DNA of 64,000 nucleotides from Lingula anatina (lineage: Eukaryota > Animalia > Brachiopoda). The position numbers were made by a program, and so were the translations under genes. Positions 49,397 through 63,995 of this stretch are shown here, piece by piece (the stretch's first letter is position 1; every line of letters starts with the position of its first letter). The notes below the pieces were generated by a model, which was not told the DNA's origin, searched no databases, and saw only the letters and a list, made by a program, of their open reading frames with translations. The DNA lies in contig CM120640.1 of assembly GCA_051362555.1 (NCBI GenBank), forward strand, positions 9,238,001 through 9,302,000, given 5' to 3'.

Positions 49397-52300
49397 ATGG
49401 CAACCGAACACAAGGGTTTCGAGCAGATATTTGACCAGATAGGTAAGTGCTAACCTAACCTAACCTAATTTATTAGTGATGATCAGGGGACGCTGAAGAG
49501 GTAGAGACCTACACAGAAAAGTCCCAACACCAGTGAGCATGGTTTTTAAATGAACTGATTTTGTTTTTATATTTCGTCTCTCTTCTCTAAGTAATGGAAC
49601 TTGGCTTGTTACACACTGTTCTAATATTTTGATAAAGGCTTTGTTTTAAAGTAGAGCAATAGGTCACGGCATCCTCCTGTGCCCCCCTGTTTAGAGGGTG
49701 ACGTCATTTATGTAAACGATCCGGGAGGGTTCGAAAAGTAGAGAATTACCGATGGGTCCCAGACAAAAAATAAACCACTCGAGACAAAAATAAGTTAGAC
49801 TTTGTCATCTTAAGAAGACAATGCATAAAAATGATGAAACAAGGATTCCTAAAAAAGTGTTGGCGGTATATATCAGGCCAATTAACCTATATTTACCCGA
49901 CCGGTGAGTCCCTAGCATGGATTTCAGAGAACACAATAAACTCCATAGGCATGTTGATCGTTTAAACTGTGTAAAGATGAGAGTTTCCAGTGTCCTCTGA
50001 CACTCAGGGTGCCGAAACTCAAGCAATAAAAGACAGTAAAAAACAAGCTACTTCATATCGCCGTGTCAACATAACCAGGCGGCACAGTAAAAAAAAAAAA
50101 TTGATAAAGCAAAGACAGTTGGTGGTGAATTTCTGGGTAAGCAGGATGCCAAGTGGTGCGCTTTTTCTTTTGATCCCACATTAACATGAGATTGAAGCCA
50201 ATCCTTCTTCGAGGAACATGTCCTCCATCCCTATACTTCAGTGATACAACTGTATCCAGGGACAAAACCTGTCCTGGTTAGTAAACCACATATTATATAC
50301 TATATGATTACACTATGACAAAAAACATACGTTTCAAGGCATTCAACGCGCTTTAGAACTTTTAAAATGTTAAACAAGAAAAATGGAACTTGATCACCTG
50401 CTATAAGGTGTTTACAGAGATGGTGGCAAAAATTGAATAGGAAAGTGTCTTTGAATGTGTGTTAGATATTTTGTGTGCCTATAAATGTGATCAACAAATA
50501 CGTCCACGTCTTGACGTATTGTGACACTAGACATACAGGGATTTCAGCGCTGCATATAAACTAACAGTGAGGGCGGAGAGGAGGGTCCTGACCTCTGTTC
50601 TCGCAACTGGCTTTGCTAAAGCAAACAAACTAATTTCTTCACTGACTCATTTTGCTTCACCTCTTACTCCAAAATAAATAAGACCGTGACCTCTTGCTGT
50701 TATTTTCTGGCGTTTATAGCATACACTTCTATGTAGTATTGATCTACTTTATCAGTGAAAACACCTGTATATTCTTGTTACAGAACATCTTTTAAGTTAA
50801 AACTACATCTTTCAAACATTAAATTTTATCATTTTGTCAATTTTCACTGAATCTTGATAAATAGAGCAAAGAAATCTTGTGAATACCTTGATATTTTGAT
50901 TTTAATCACAGTTTTCAGATCTTTATGTGGCCTATTTGAGAGGACTTATAGAGATAAGATTTCATCTTTCTTTTCACGTTGCGCCAAAACAAAATGAGAG
51001 GTAAAACACCTCTAAGGAAGGGAAATCGAGCCAATCCCCTCGAATAATATTTCAATCGCAAATTTAGGCCGTTATTTATACCCTGTGCGCACTACACGGG
51101 CTTCAACTAGAAATAAGCTGTCTCAGCTGCATGTACCATCAGATCCCTTTTTTTTATTGTCCGCCCATATGCGGATCAGATTCTCATTTGAAAGTTTGGA
51201 TTTATTACAGAATAAGGCAACTTGGCGTTATTCAGATTAGCTTTAATGCGTATTAACCCTGTTCAGAATATATATTTGTTTTTACTTTTTATTTTGTCCA
51301 TTAAAAATTATAAGTAAAAAATGTGCACTTTGTCTGGAGCAATATTTGCCTATTGAACTTAGAGTTTAAAAAAGTCTGATGGGGGAGGGGGGGGGTCCCA
51401 ACGAATGGAATGATGGAATTTGGGCGGATGCATTAATCACATATCTTTGTTGAGATGGGAAGAAATTATTTACCTAAAAATATACAAAATCTTTTCTGGG
51501 TGTTTCTGTGCTTGAGGCATTTTTTTTTCTCAAAATATTTGACAGGAACTGAATCTAAAGAACTAGTGCATTCTGCATGTTAATATTATAATGAATAATA
51601 AAGATAAAATTTATTTAGGTGGTCTTGGTCGTCGCCAGCTGGCGATCTTCCTCGCCATCAACATGGGTGATTTCGTTACGGGATGGACAATGCTTGGGCC
51701 AGTGTTTTTCTCAGCAGTACCCCAGTGGCTGTGTCCGCAGATGAACCGGACTTTGAATAGAACTGACCATTTGTCAGAACTCGATGACCTCTACGGGAAT
51801 GGAACCAACGATAGTTCGGCTATTATATTGGATACCTGCAACTCTGACGGCGGAATGTGCCCGGGGATTCAGTATGTTTCGGATTTCACTTCGATCGTTT
51901 CAGAGGTAGGCCAATTGTGTTTTAACTTTATGTAGAAAAAGGCAATGAAATTCTGTTTTGAATTATATGGGGAGCAGTTTTCTCCGGGTTGTCAACTCTT
52001 TTACCTGTACCATTACCATGCTGTTCGGCGTAACGAGTGTTAACGAATCACTGGCGGATCAAGGATTTTGCCCAAGGGAAGGCACATGGAGAAGAGAAAT
52101 GGTAGACGAAAACTGTTTTCCTGTAATATGTAGAGGACAGAGATGGAAAGTCGTTTGATTTGTCTGGTTTGGCTTGTTATATTGTCTTTGAGAGGTAACG
52201 TCGTCCGGCACATGGTTTTAACTTTGTACGAAGAACTCACATTCTGAAAAGAAGATTTTTATTATTTATCATTTCAGTGGAACCTTATTTGCAACCTCAA

Positions 52301-55300
52301 ATACATCGGTGATCTGATCACAACGATCCAGATGGTAGGTGTTGTGCTTGGAGCATTGATAATAAGTCAGCTCGCTGATACATTTGGAAGAAAACCGGTG
52401 TGGTACGCAACTATCACTTTCAATGGGGTAGTCGGCTTCGCTAACGCATTTGCCCCCTTGTGGGAAGTGTTTGCTGCGATGCGTTTTTTCAATGGACTGT
52501 GCGCCGGAGGTAAGTGCCTATATACAGTATGTGCAGTATTCGTGGTTTTGTTGTGGAACTACGGACTTTGTTGTATAAATATTGAAAAAAATCTTGCATT
52601 TTAACGTAAAAACGTTTCAAGAAGATATCAGCATGACATGTCATATACAAAAATATTTTACCAGTATTCTTTATAACAAGGGGCAATTCTACCTCTCAAA
52701 GACCAAATGAAGTATTTGTAGTATTTGGTACTATTTTTCAGGTTTATTGATAGTGAACTTCGTTTGGGCTCTGGAGTTTACAGGGACAAAATATCGTACG
52801 ATAAACGGCGCCGTGACCTTCTGGCAGATCTCCATTATGACGCTGACGTTGATTGCCTATTTCGTACGTCAGTGGAAGACATTCGTGATGATAACGTCTC
52901 TGGCGCCCCCCGTTGTACTATGGCTGTTCTTCAGGTGAGTGCATTTAACACATGGATTTTGCTCTGCCTCTCGGGAACATTCTTATATAAACAGGCATGT
53001 AGGAAGCAAAATTGGTTGATATGAAAGACACACTTTTACTTTTCTTCTTAAGGTTTTTACCAGAGAGTCCTCGTTGGCTTGCTATGCACGACAGGCTTGA
53101 TGAGGCTAAGGAGACCATAGATGCCATTGCCAGGAGCAACAAGAAACCTGCCCCGGATATGATTGCGTTGCAAAAGGCAATCGACGTGAGTACACCGCCC
53201 CCCCCCCCCCACCGCCCCCAAACTATTGTCTCCCAGAAGCCCCTCTGTCCTTGGTTCAATTTTAAAACAGCTAAAAGGGACTTTGGTAAAGAGTGTCCCT
53301 CAGCTGTGCATTCCACCGACACTGAATTTCCTTTTAATCAGTGGACCCCTTAACATTGAACTGGATAACCTGAGTCATCGGGGAATATGCAAATGCTTGG
53401 TATAATGCTGAAGGCAAAATTCAATATTTAATAAGCTTATAATGTCGAAGAATATTTGAATTCTGAATGTAGTTTACCTTAACGGTGGCCAACCTCTTAC
53501 GTATAATGGAAAAAGTTATCATTTTCTGACTGAAATTCATTTTTCAAATAGGAAGAAAAGCGCCGATCAGCGCATGAGAGCAAGTACAGTTTCTGGGATC
53601 TCTTCCGTACCCCTCTCCTGACACGGTATACACTGATACTGATGTTTGTGTGGTGAGTTATCGCAGAAGGAAATCTTTTTGTGCAATATTTTGTTTTTAA
53701 ATGTATCGCAGTAAATTTGTCTTTTATGGGTCAGGAAAGTTTGCCCTTCTTTGGTATTTATCAAATTGACCTACATTTAATATGCTTTTTAAATGCAGGT
53801 TCGTTCAGGCAGCGATGTACTATGGGCTGTCTCTGAACGTAAGAAATCTCCCCGGAGACATCTACATCAACACCGTCCTTCTGGCACTGGTGGACTGGCC
53901 AGCCACAGCCTCCACAGCCTATTTAAACAACAAGTAAAATTGTTTAGAATTTATTTTAAAAAAATATAGGACCGATTTATTTAAAATGTTGTCATGAATT
54001 GTAAATTTTTCGGTTCGGAGCGGCCACTGGAAGTTTCAGAATTTTTGAAATTCGAAAAAAAGGCGTTATGTATAATTTAATTCATTCCAGTTAAAAAATC
54101 ATTAACTAGTATGGAGGGTCATTTGCCTTAAAAGTTTACTGAGAGGAAAAAGCACAAGTAACTACAGATATTATTATTATTGTAGGATCGGTCGTCGCCC
54201 TACGATGTTTATGTTCATGTTAATTGGAGGACTTGCAGTCTTTTCAGTGATGTTTGTAGGAGTGGCTGGTACGGTTTTACAAATCGTCTTATTTTGTTGA
54301 AAACCATATCTGTCTGTCTTTATGTAGTAAATTTCAACATTTTCTCAATGACTTATGCACACTATATACATGTAGCATAACAATTCTCATTTCCAGTCAC
54401 TCTCGCAGTAGAGACAAAGACTAGTGAATTTCAATTGCAACGGTTAAAATTGAATTTTATTACTTGAAAACGGGTGTACAGATCATAATCTTCTCAACAG
54501 CTTTGGATAGGATTAACAACAACATGTGCTTGAGTGATTAACTGAAAACTGTTCGCATTTCTGCAAAATTATTATAGTTATTATTATTATCATTATCTGT
54601 AAAGTACTACCGCGCATTGTATGCCTTCAAACAGGGATATTACAATAGAATGGAATGTGAGGATTGCATGTTGTAAGAAAAAGGAAAGTCTTTAAATGTT
54701 TCCTCGCTCCTCTTTTAAAATATAAATTGACAACACGCTGTCATTGCAGGTAAACTGGAAACCATGGGAACGTTGGTCACTGTACTGGCTTTGCTGGGGA
54801 AACTGAGTGTGTCAGCCGCCTGGGTGGTTAGTTATCTCTATACTGCGGAGCTGTACCCTACAGTCGTTAGGTATGTATGAGAGAGACTGTGAGGTGAAAG
54901 AGACTGCCAGACAATCTTACCTTTACTGAGTTGAAAGTCAAACGTACTTTTTCGATTGAACTGGCTAAGTGACCTTAGTGTATATTCACTTTCTCTTTTA
55001 TCATCCTCTAGTAGGGTCACAGAGGGAATTTTGTTAACTAGATATTAAAGGATGCTCCACTGGCTATCCACAAACTGCACATTTCTATCCAGCAAGCTTT
55101 TTTGCACTACAGTTACGCAAGAAGTTGTAAAGTCTTTATAACTTCTTGACTTACGTTATCACCCAGCTGGTTTCATTATTGCTTATGCAACTGGATTTCA
55201 GGAGCATCGCCTGTGGTGCAGCTTCTATCTCAGGTAGAATAGGAGGAGTAGCAGCCCCACAGTTCGCCTACTTGGTAAGTATTTTGCTGTGTTCATACCT

Positions 55301-55709
55301 CAGTGGGAAATGAACTAATGTCGTTGCAAAATGGTCCATTTCACTTGTTTTTAAATTCAGGCAAATGCCGCAGGATTGTAACATGGTGGCTTCCGTGGCA
55401 TCCAATAAAACATTTTATTGTTAAAAACGAGATATTAACCTAAAAACATATTTGATTCTTTAGAGCTCTGTCGCCCTGGAATTACCTTTCATCATCTTTG
55501 GAAGTTTTGCACTGGCGGCTGCGTTTCTGGGACTTTTGTTACCAGAGACAAACAGACAAGCGCTCCTGGATGCTCTGCCAGACTGGGCGTGGTGTGGAAG
55601 ACAGAACCGACATTCAGACTTCGATGATCAGAATCCAGATGACGTCATGAAGTACGGCGCCGTGGAAAATCCCAACGTGTCTAAGGGGAATGAAAACACT
55701 AGATTGTGA
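49397..55709 (+). CDS. SLC22-family organic cation/anion transporter, copy B1; 11 exons, 549 aa, intact
   Basis: Exons 49397-49442, 51619-51905, 52278-52509, 52742-52934, 53053-53185, 53552-53652, 53799-53933, 54186-54268, 54750-54870, 55202-55274, 55464-55709 (1650 nt). Motifs VSEWNLIC, ADTFGRK, PESPRWL, ELYPTVVR, GRIGG, LPET. Exons 3-10 match A2 in length. Confidence 0.93.
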
Positions 55710-56400
55710 TGGCTTTATACATATATTCATCATACGTTATGCTTTGAAAATATATATAATGGACGACGGATCCTTGCGTGGAATGGTCAGAAAGAGCATC
55801 GCGGATGAAACAAAGTCCATCTTGGAGAAGAAATGTACGGCACTGACACTGTTTATGCACGTGTTGTAAGCAATGGATCTCTGCACTCTTATTATAATCA
55901 ACATATAATGGATTTTTCCTTCACCTGCATCAGCTCAACTCCATCATCTGAACACGTCTGCCTCATGTATAGTTATATTTATATCTGCTACCCTCTACCA
56001 GGGTTGCAGAGAGATTTTCACCAAATTTTCCCGATTTTCTCAGGTTCAGTCATGTGCTCATTTTTGTCCAGCATTTAAGAAATGGCACAGCTGGTTACTG
56101 GTTCAGAAAATTTATCTGCCCAATTCACGGGGCTTTACAATACAACTCTATATTTTCCACTATAAAATCAATATCAAGAAAGTATTTTATAAACTTTTTG
56201 TTATAATGGAAGTAGTAGAAAATAAAGAACCTTTTTGAAATATTTTGTTACGGATAGATTCATCCGTTCCTAGCCTCAGATTTATATGGAAGCTTTGCCT
56301 TTTATTTTGTATTTATGTGAATCAATTAAATCGTGCGTTTTTTTGCAAAAATACTTTTTATGAATACCAGAAGACAATATTTCTTGTCCTCACATCAGCA

Positions 56401-58028
56401 TTACGATATCTGCAAATTTAATCGATCGCCATCTTTTGTGGCTTCTCCAATTTGTGCCACCTCCACGTACCCTTCCCCTCTTCCGCAACATGACCATTCC
56501 GGTAACGCGTCCGGCAGAGGTCTATTCCTTGTTTCTGGTAGAGTGAGCAGGCCAAGGAAGGCCATCGCCAGGCACAAACCACCAAATACAATGTACGGCA
56601 GCTCCATAGAAATCGAATTCTGAAATCACGAAAAGGAACAAAGTTCTCATTGCATTGGGCGAGGAAAGGTCAATCTGTATATAAGCACTGAGATTGAGCG
56701 GTTGACTCTATGAATAAAAAGTGACAAAAGTATTTTACGATATCCTTGACGGGATGATCCTTACATGATCAGCAACCAGACTTCATAATTTATGACATGT
56801 AAACAAATTTAAATATCCATAGGTAAATGAGTAAAACCATACCAGTAATTGAAACTGGGGAGCTACGATTCCACCTATTCGCCAGGCTATCGATACCGTA
56901 CCGAATGCTATGTTCCTAAAAAATATACATATTCTGCGTTACATTTAGTTTGGCTACATAAAACAGTGATCATTTCATACTTTAAATATTTTGCAAGTCC
57001 AATTCTAAACAGTTTTAAAGTAAACCAGTGTGTTAGAAAGACTAATCATTCGAATTAACGTTTTAATTATAACGTTAACGATCTGGAGGTAATGCGTATA
57101 ATGCTGCCAGAAAGTAACAGCCACCTTATCACAGTGGGTGCGAGTTCTGCTGCATAAAGCGAACTAGTGATCCACGATGCCGCCACCCCCGCCTTGCCTA
57201 CCAAAGCCAGTACTGTGACCAGCGTGGTCAGGCTTTCTTTTTGTCGTAACGTTTTTCAGGTTTCCATTTTCCTGTGGAAATAGTTTTTCTTCAACAAATA
57301 AGGACTTTCATCATCCATTATAATATTCTCCCATACCTGAAATTGCGATGAACATCACAGAAAAAATAGCACATCCTCCCACGAGCATAAAACCAAAGTA
57401 GGTAATACGTCGCCCTACCCTGAAAGCAAATATAATACCCATTATTTAACAATTAAAAGCATCTAATGCACATTTGAAACCTCAGAACCCACACATCACA
57501 GTTTTGCGAACGGTTTTGCACACATTGTCTAAAAGATTCCATTTTCTTATCTATGCATGCACATTATGACTATATATCAAAATAATTGATACAGTTTTTG
57601 ACCCTTAATTTATGTCAATCTATTAACATTTCGCTTTTGCACTCACCTATTATTTAAATAGAGTGTTGAAAGTGCTACCGGTAGATCCACCACCGCAAGC
57701 ACACACAACCTAATTAATGTAGGAAAAAAAGCAAGATGAAGCACATTTAGATATTTGTTAGTTTTGATTTAGACATTTAAATACCAAAACAAAAACAGCA
57801 CATATAAGTGATAACTTTAATTTACAAATCGACTTACCTAAGGAACGACCACGAGATCACAGGAGGAGTAAGTGACGTGATGTACATGGTAATTTTCCAG
57901 TCCCTGATGGTATAGGTTAACAGGGTAAGGAGCAGCACCCTAACAACCAAAACCAATGGCTCCATTTAATGTCCGCCATTTTGTTCCACAAAACTACAAA
58001 GCCCACATGAAACTCACAATAATCAACC
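56401..58028 (-). pseudogene. Fragmented SLC22 pseudogene (third subtype), convergent with B1
   Basis: Recognisable exon 4 (~57838-58028; in-frame TAG and frameshift), 3' half of exon 7 (~57647-57705), exon 8 (~57337-57419), exon 9 (57125-57271; 147 nt versus 121, frameshifted), exon 10 (56843-56915) and exon 11 (56401-56619). Exons 1-3, 5 and 6 are missing. Confidence 0.85.
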
Positions 58029-58756
58029 CTTAAATCGAGAATACATGTTTTAATTCCTCTTTTTTCATTAGTCTTCTTGAATATGGTAATGAATAGTTTA
58101 AAATGTGCCATTGCTTGTTTATAAATCCAGGTGGTGGCAGTAGAGGAGAGGGGTAGGGGAGTGTGATTCCTAAAAGATATGCCTATATGCTTTTTTTAAC
58201 GTTAAAGTTACGTCCAAGTAGTTGGCCACTTGATTATATATATGTAAATAAACACCTTGAGATGCTATGTGACCGTGGTATTATAAAGCTTTCTTCTGTT
58301 CTAGGAGTGTTTTGGTGAAATGCGAGTATTTTTTCTCAGTTCGTATGTCAAGTAGCGTCTTGCATATACCGTGTGTAAGATTACACAATCATGGTAAAGC
58401 TAGTTGGAAGAAGAAAAATGTATGTCCACCCCTGATTTAAATGACAGTAGGACATTTCTGTTTTTTTTTTCCATAGAAATTAAGAAAAACAGTTCTCTTC
58501 TAAAAGATCAGAATATACAAACTCATCGCCGCTGCACACGTGCAGAGAGAGACGTGCCACTACAGAGAGTACTAAAACTTATGCTGACACCAAGTTCACC
58601 AGCTCAAATTACCAGTTTTCTGTGCACCCGTCAAGGCCTTGCCTATGATTAAAAAAGCTTCTAATCTCGGAGAAGCTGTTTATAACCTCAGACTTGATTA
58701 CTTCCTTTCGCTGGGTAGTAAGGACACGGCCTGATTAAGCAGTAGCGAAACAAAGC

Positions 58757-61700
58757 ATGGCAACTGAACACAAGGGTTTTGAGCAGATATTTGACCAGAT
58801 AGGTAAGTGCAAACTTAACCTTAACTAATTTATTAGTGATGATCAGTTGACGATAAAAAGGTAAATATCTACACAGAAAAGGCCCAACACTAGTGAGCAT
58901 GGTTTTTAAATAACCCGATTTTATGTTTTTATATTTCGCCTCTCTTCTCTGAGTAATAGCACTTGGCCTGTTACACACTGTTCTAATATATTGAAAAATA
59001 CTTTGTTCTAAAGTACAACATTGGTCAAAAAGGTTGTCCCACCCCCATTTCCATGTACTTTAATTTACAAATGATCACCTCACAGCTGTAAATTGTTAGA
59101 AATAGTGCTTTTTATTATGGATACCGCGTCTAACATGAGTAACGGTTAAAAAAATACAAAACAGTGGTGAAAATATACACATTTTATACCATTTAGTAAA
59201 GTTTATAAGAGGTACCCCCTCAAATCCACTGTTTCACTGTGACTTCTACCGATGCAAAGAAATGTCTGTTAAATTGAAAAGACGCCATCAAATGTCACCA
59301 AATCCACAAAAAATACAAAACAGTGGTGAAAATATACACATTTTATACCATTTAGTAAAGTTTATAAGAGGTACCCCCTCAAATCCACTGTTTCACTGTG
59401 ACTTCTACCGATGCAAAGAAATGTCTGTTAAATTGAAAAGACGCCATCAAATGTCACCAAATCCACAAACAATTGGCATTAAGGTGTGCTCGTTAAAGAT
59501 CACGTGCCTAACAGCGTGTGCGTATACCGCGTACTGCAATTATCTCCTGTAGACAGTTATATTGTCCCATTCTTTTTGAACAAGTTGGGGGAGTTGGTCC
59601 ACATTTTTTGAGAATGTTACAATTAGTAGAGAATTACCGATGGGTCCCAAACAAAAAATAAATCGAGACAAAATCTAGACTATGTCAACTTAAGAAGACA
59701 ATGATAAAACAGCGGTTTTTATAAAAGTGCTGGCGGTATATATCAGACCAATTAACCTTTATTTACCTGTCCGGCGAGTCCCTAGCATGAATTTCAGAGA
59801 ATGCAAGAAATTCCATAGGCATGTTGATCGTTTAAACTGTGTAAAGATGCGAGTTCCCAGTGTCTTCTGACACTCAGGTTGCCGAAACCCAAGCAATAAA
59901 AGACAGTAAAAAACAAGCTACTTGATGTCGCCGTGTCAACATAACCAGGCGGCGCAGTAAGAAAAAAATTGATATAGCAAAGACAGTTGGTGGTGAATAA
60001 CTGGGTATGCAGCATGCCAAGTGGTGCGCTTTTTCTTTTGATCCCACATTAACATAAGATTGAAGCCAATCCTTCTTCGTGTAACATGTTTTCCACTCCT
60101 ACTTCAGTGACACAACTGCATCCAGGGTCAAAAGCTGTCCTGGTTACAAAGCCGTTGGAGTTCGAATTTATTACAGAATAAGGCAACTTGGTGTTATTTA
60201 AACTACTTTTAAATCTCTTTGTCTGGAGCAATATATTGCCTCTTGAAATTAGCTAAAATATTTTAAAAAGTCTTTCATGATACGCTGCTGCAACTAAACA
60301 AAAACCACCCAGTCCGTTGAGAACGAGGGGTAAATTGCCACAAAAATGCGTTTTTCAAGGCTATTAGCGAACACCAAACTGGTCTTAGCAGGTCAGAATA
60401 CCAGACGACCTCCGAGGTACCCACTGTAAACAGCAAAACAACGTCGTCTGTTTCTCAAATGAATTGGGGGCCATGACCGTTTCTGAGTAGATCCCAACGA
60501 ATGGAATGATGGAATTTGGGCGGATGCATCAGTCACATATCTTGTATTGAAATTGGAAGAAAATATTCACCTAAAAATATACAAAATCTTTTCTGGGTGT
60601 TTCTGTACATTCATTTCTCAAAATATTTTACAGGAACTTAATGTAAAGAATTAAAAAAAAACTAGTGCATTCTGTATGTTAATGTTATAATGAATAATAA
60701 AGATTAATTTATTTAGGTGGTCTTGGTCGTCGCCAGCTGGCGATCTTCCTCGCCATCAACATGGGTGATTTCGTTACGGGATGGACAATGCTTGGGCCAG
60801 TGTTTTTCGCAGCAGTACCCCAGTGGCTGTGTCCGCAGATGAACCGGACTTTGAATAGGACTGGCCATTTGTCAGAACTTGTTGACCTCTACGGGAATGG
60901 AACCAACGATAGTCCGGCCATTATATTGGATACCTGCAACTCTGACGGCGGAATGTGCCCAGGGATTGAGTATGTTTCGGATTTCACTTCGATCGTTTCA
61001 GAGGTAGGCCAATTGTTTTAACTTTTTGTAGAAAAAGGCAATGAAATTCCCGTGAAATTATATGGAAAGCAGTTTTTCTCCGGCTTATCAACTCTTTTAC
61101 CTGTACCATTACCATGCTCTTCAGCTTAACGAGTGTTAACGAATCAGTGGCGGATCCAGGGTTTGGTTGAAGAGAAGGCAGAAGGAGAAGAGAAACAGTA
61201 GACGAAAACTGTTTTCCTGTAATATGTAGAGGACAGAGATGGAAAGTCTTTTTGTTTTGTCTAGTTTGGCTTGTTATATTGTCTTTGAGTGATAAGGGTG
61301 TAACGGCTTCCGAAGCTTAGGGGGTTGGGGTGAGCACATGGTTTTAATTTTGAACGAAGATCTCACATTCTGAATAGAAAATCGTTATTATTTATCATTT
61401 CAGTGGAACCTTATTTGCAACCTCAAATACATCGGTGATCTGATCACAACGATCCAAATGGTAGGTGTTGTGCTTGGAGCATTGATAATAAGTCAGCTCG
61501 CTGATACATTTGGAAGAAAACCGGTGTGGTACGCAACTATCACTTTCAATGGGGTTGTCGGCTTCGCTAACGCATTTGCTCCCTTGTGGGAAGTGTTTGC
61601 TGCGATGCGTTTTTTCAATGGACTGTGCGCCGGAGGTAATTTCCTATATACAGTATGTGCAGTATTTGTGCCTTTATTGTGGAACTATGGACTTTGTTGT

Positions 61701-63995
61701 ATAAATATTGACGAAATCTTGTAGATTAACGTAAAAACATTTCAAGAAAATATCAGCATGACATTTCATGTACAAAAATATTTTACCAGTACTCTTAATA
61801 ACTCTACAGTAGTTCTCCAAGACCAAAGAAAGTGTTTGTAGTATTTGGTACTATTTTCAGGTTTATTGATTGTGAACTTCGTTTGGGCTCTGGAGTTTAC
61901 AGGGACAAAATATCGTACGATAAACGGCGCCGTGACCTTCTGGAAGATCGCCATTATGACGCTGGCGCTGATTGCCTATTTCGTACGTCAGTGGAAGACA
62001 TTCGTGATGATAACGTCACTAGCGCCTCCCGTCGTACTATGGCTGTTCTGCAGGTGAGTGCATTTTTCATGTGGTTTTTGTTCTGCTCCTCGGGAACAGT
62101 CTTGTATAAACAGGCACGTAGGAAGCAAACTTGATTGACGTTCAACATACACTTTTACTTTTCTTCTTAAGGTTTTTACCAGAGAGTCCTCGTTGGCTTG
62201 CTATGCACGGCAGGCTTGATGAGGCTAAGAAGACCATAGATGCCATTGCCAGAAGCAACAAGAAACCTGCCCCGGATATGATTATGTTGCAAAAGGCAAT
62301 CGACGTGAGTACCCCCCTCCCCCCACTATTGTCTCCCAGAAGCCCCTCTGTCAATAATAAAATTGGACAAATGTCCTCGGTTCAATTTTAAAACAGCTAA
62401 AAGGGACTTTGGTAAAGAGCGCCCCTCAACTGTGCATTTCACGGACACTAAATTTCTTTTTGAATCAATGGACCTCTTAACATTGAACTGGATAACCTGA
62501 GTCAACGGGAAAATACAAATGCTTGTAATCGTGCTGAAGGCAAGCTTCAATATTTAATATCATGTCGAAGCATATTTGAATGCAGTTTACCTTAATGGTG
62601 GCCAACCTCTTATGTATAATGGAAAAAGTTATAATTTTCTGACTGAAATTCATTTTTCAAATAGGAAGAAAAGCGCCGATCAGCTCACGAGAGCAAGTAC
62701 AGTTTCTGGGATCTCTTCCGTACCCCTCTCCTGACACGGTATACACTGATACTGATGTTTGTGTGGTGAGTAAGTTATCGCAGAAGTAAATCTTTTTTTG
62801 CAATATTTTGTTTTTAAATGTATCGCAGTAAACTTGTCTTTTATGGGGTCAGGAAAGTTTGCCCTTCTATGGTATTTATCAAATTGACCTTCATTTCATG
62901 TCCTTTTTTGATGTAGGTTCGTTCAGGCAGCGATGTACTATGGGCTGTCTCTGAACGTAAGGAATCTCCCGGGAGACATCTACATCAATACCGTCCTTCT
63001 GACACTGGTGGACTGGCCAGCCACAGCCTCCACAGCCTATTTAAACAACAAGTAAACATGTTTACAAATTATGAAAAAATTATAGGACAGTTTGATGAAA
63101 AAAGGTAACCATTAGTTATAAATTCTTCGGAGCGGCCACTGGAAGTTTAAAGGACCGTTTAAAGTAATTTTTAAAATTCGATAAAAGGCGTTATATATAA
63201 TCTAATTCATTCCAGTAAAAAAATCTTTAAAAAGTATGGAGGGCCATTTGCCTTAAAAGTTTAATGAGGGAAAAAAGACAAGTAACTACAAATATTATTA
63301 TTTTTCTAGGATCGGTCGTCGCCCTACGATGTTTATGTTCATGTTAATCGGAGGACTTGCAGTCTTTTCAGTGATGTTTGTAGGAGTGGCCGGTACGGTT
63401 TTATAATTCGTCGCATCTTTTTGAAAACCATGTCCGTCTGTCTTTATGTAGCAATTGGTTATTTTTCCTGGAAATTTCAATGACTTATGCACACCATATA
63501 GCATATAGCATATTTACTTCTCATTTTCAGTCACTCTCGCAGTAGACATGAAGACTAGTGAATTTCAATTGCAACGGTTGAAAATGAATGTTATTACTTG
63601 AAAACGGATGTACAAATCATAATCTTCTCAACAGCTATGGATAGGATAAACTTATACATGTGCTTTGGTGATTAACTGAAAACTGTTCGCATTTCTGCAA
63701 AATTATTATTATTATTATTATCTGTAAAGTACTACCGCGCATTGTATGCCTTCAAACAGGGATGTTAGAATAGAATGGAATGTGAGGATTGCATGTTGTA
63801 AGAAAAAGGAAAGTCTTTAAATGTTTCCTCGCTCCTCTTTTAAAATATGAAAGGACAACACGCTGTCATTGCAGGTAAACTGGAAACCATGGGAACATTG
63901 GTCACTGTACTGGCTTTGCTGGGAAAACTGGGTGTGTCAGCCGCCTGGGTAGTTAGTTATCTCTATACTGCGGAGCTGTACCCTACGGTTGTAAG
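58757..63995 (+). CDS. SLC22-family transporter, copy B2 (tandem duplicate of B1); exons 1-9, continues beyond the window
   Basis: Exons 58757-58802, 60717-61003, 61404-61635, 61861-62053, 62172-62304, 62665-62765, 62917-63051, 63310-63392, 63875-63995. Frame open; near-identical to B1. Confidence 0.92.
59016..59620 (-). mobile_element. One-ended copy of the same Tc1 family, with an internal 159-bp tandem duplication, in B2 intron 1
   Basis: TA|caacattggtcaaaaaggttgtcccacccc matches the TIR of 27786-28993. Segment 59152-59310 is repeated at 59311-59469. Absent from B1 intron 1. Confidence 0.88.
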
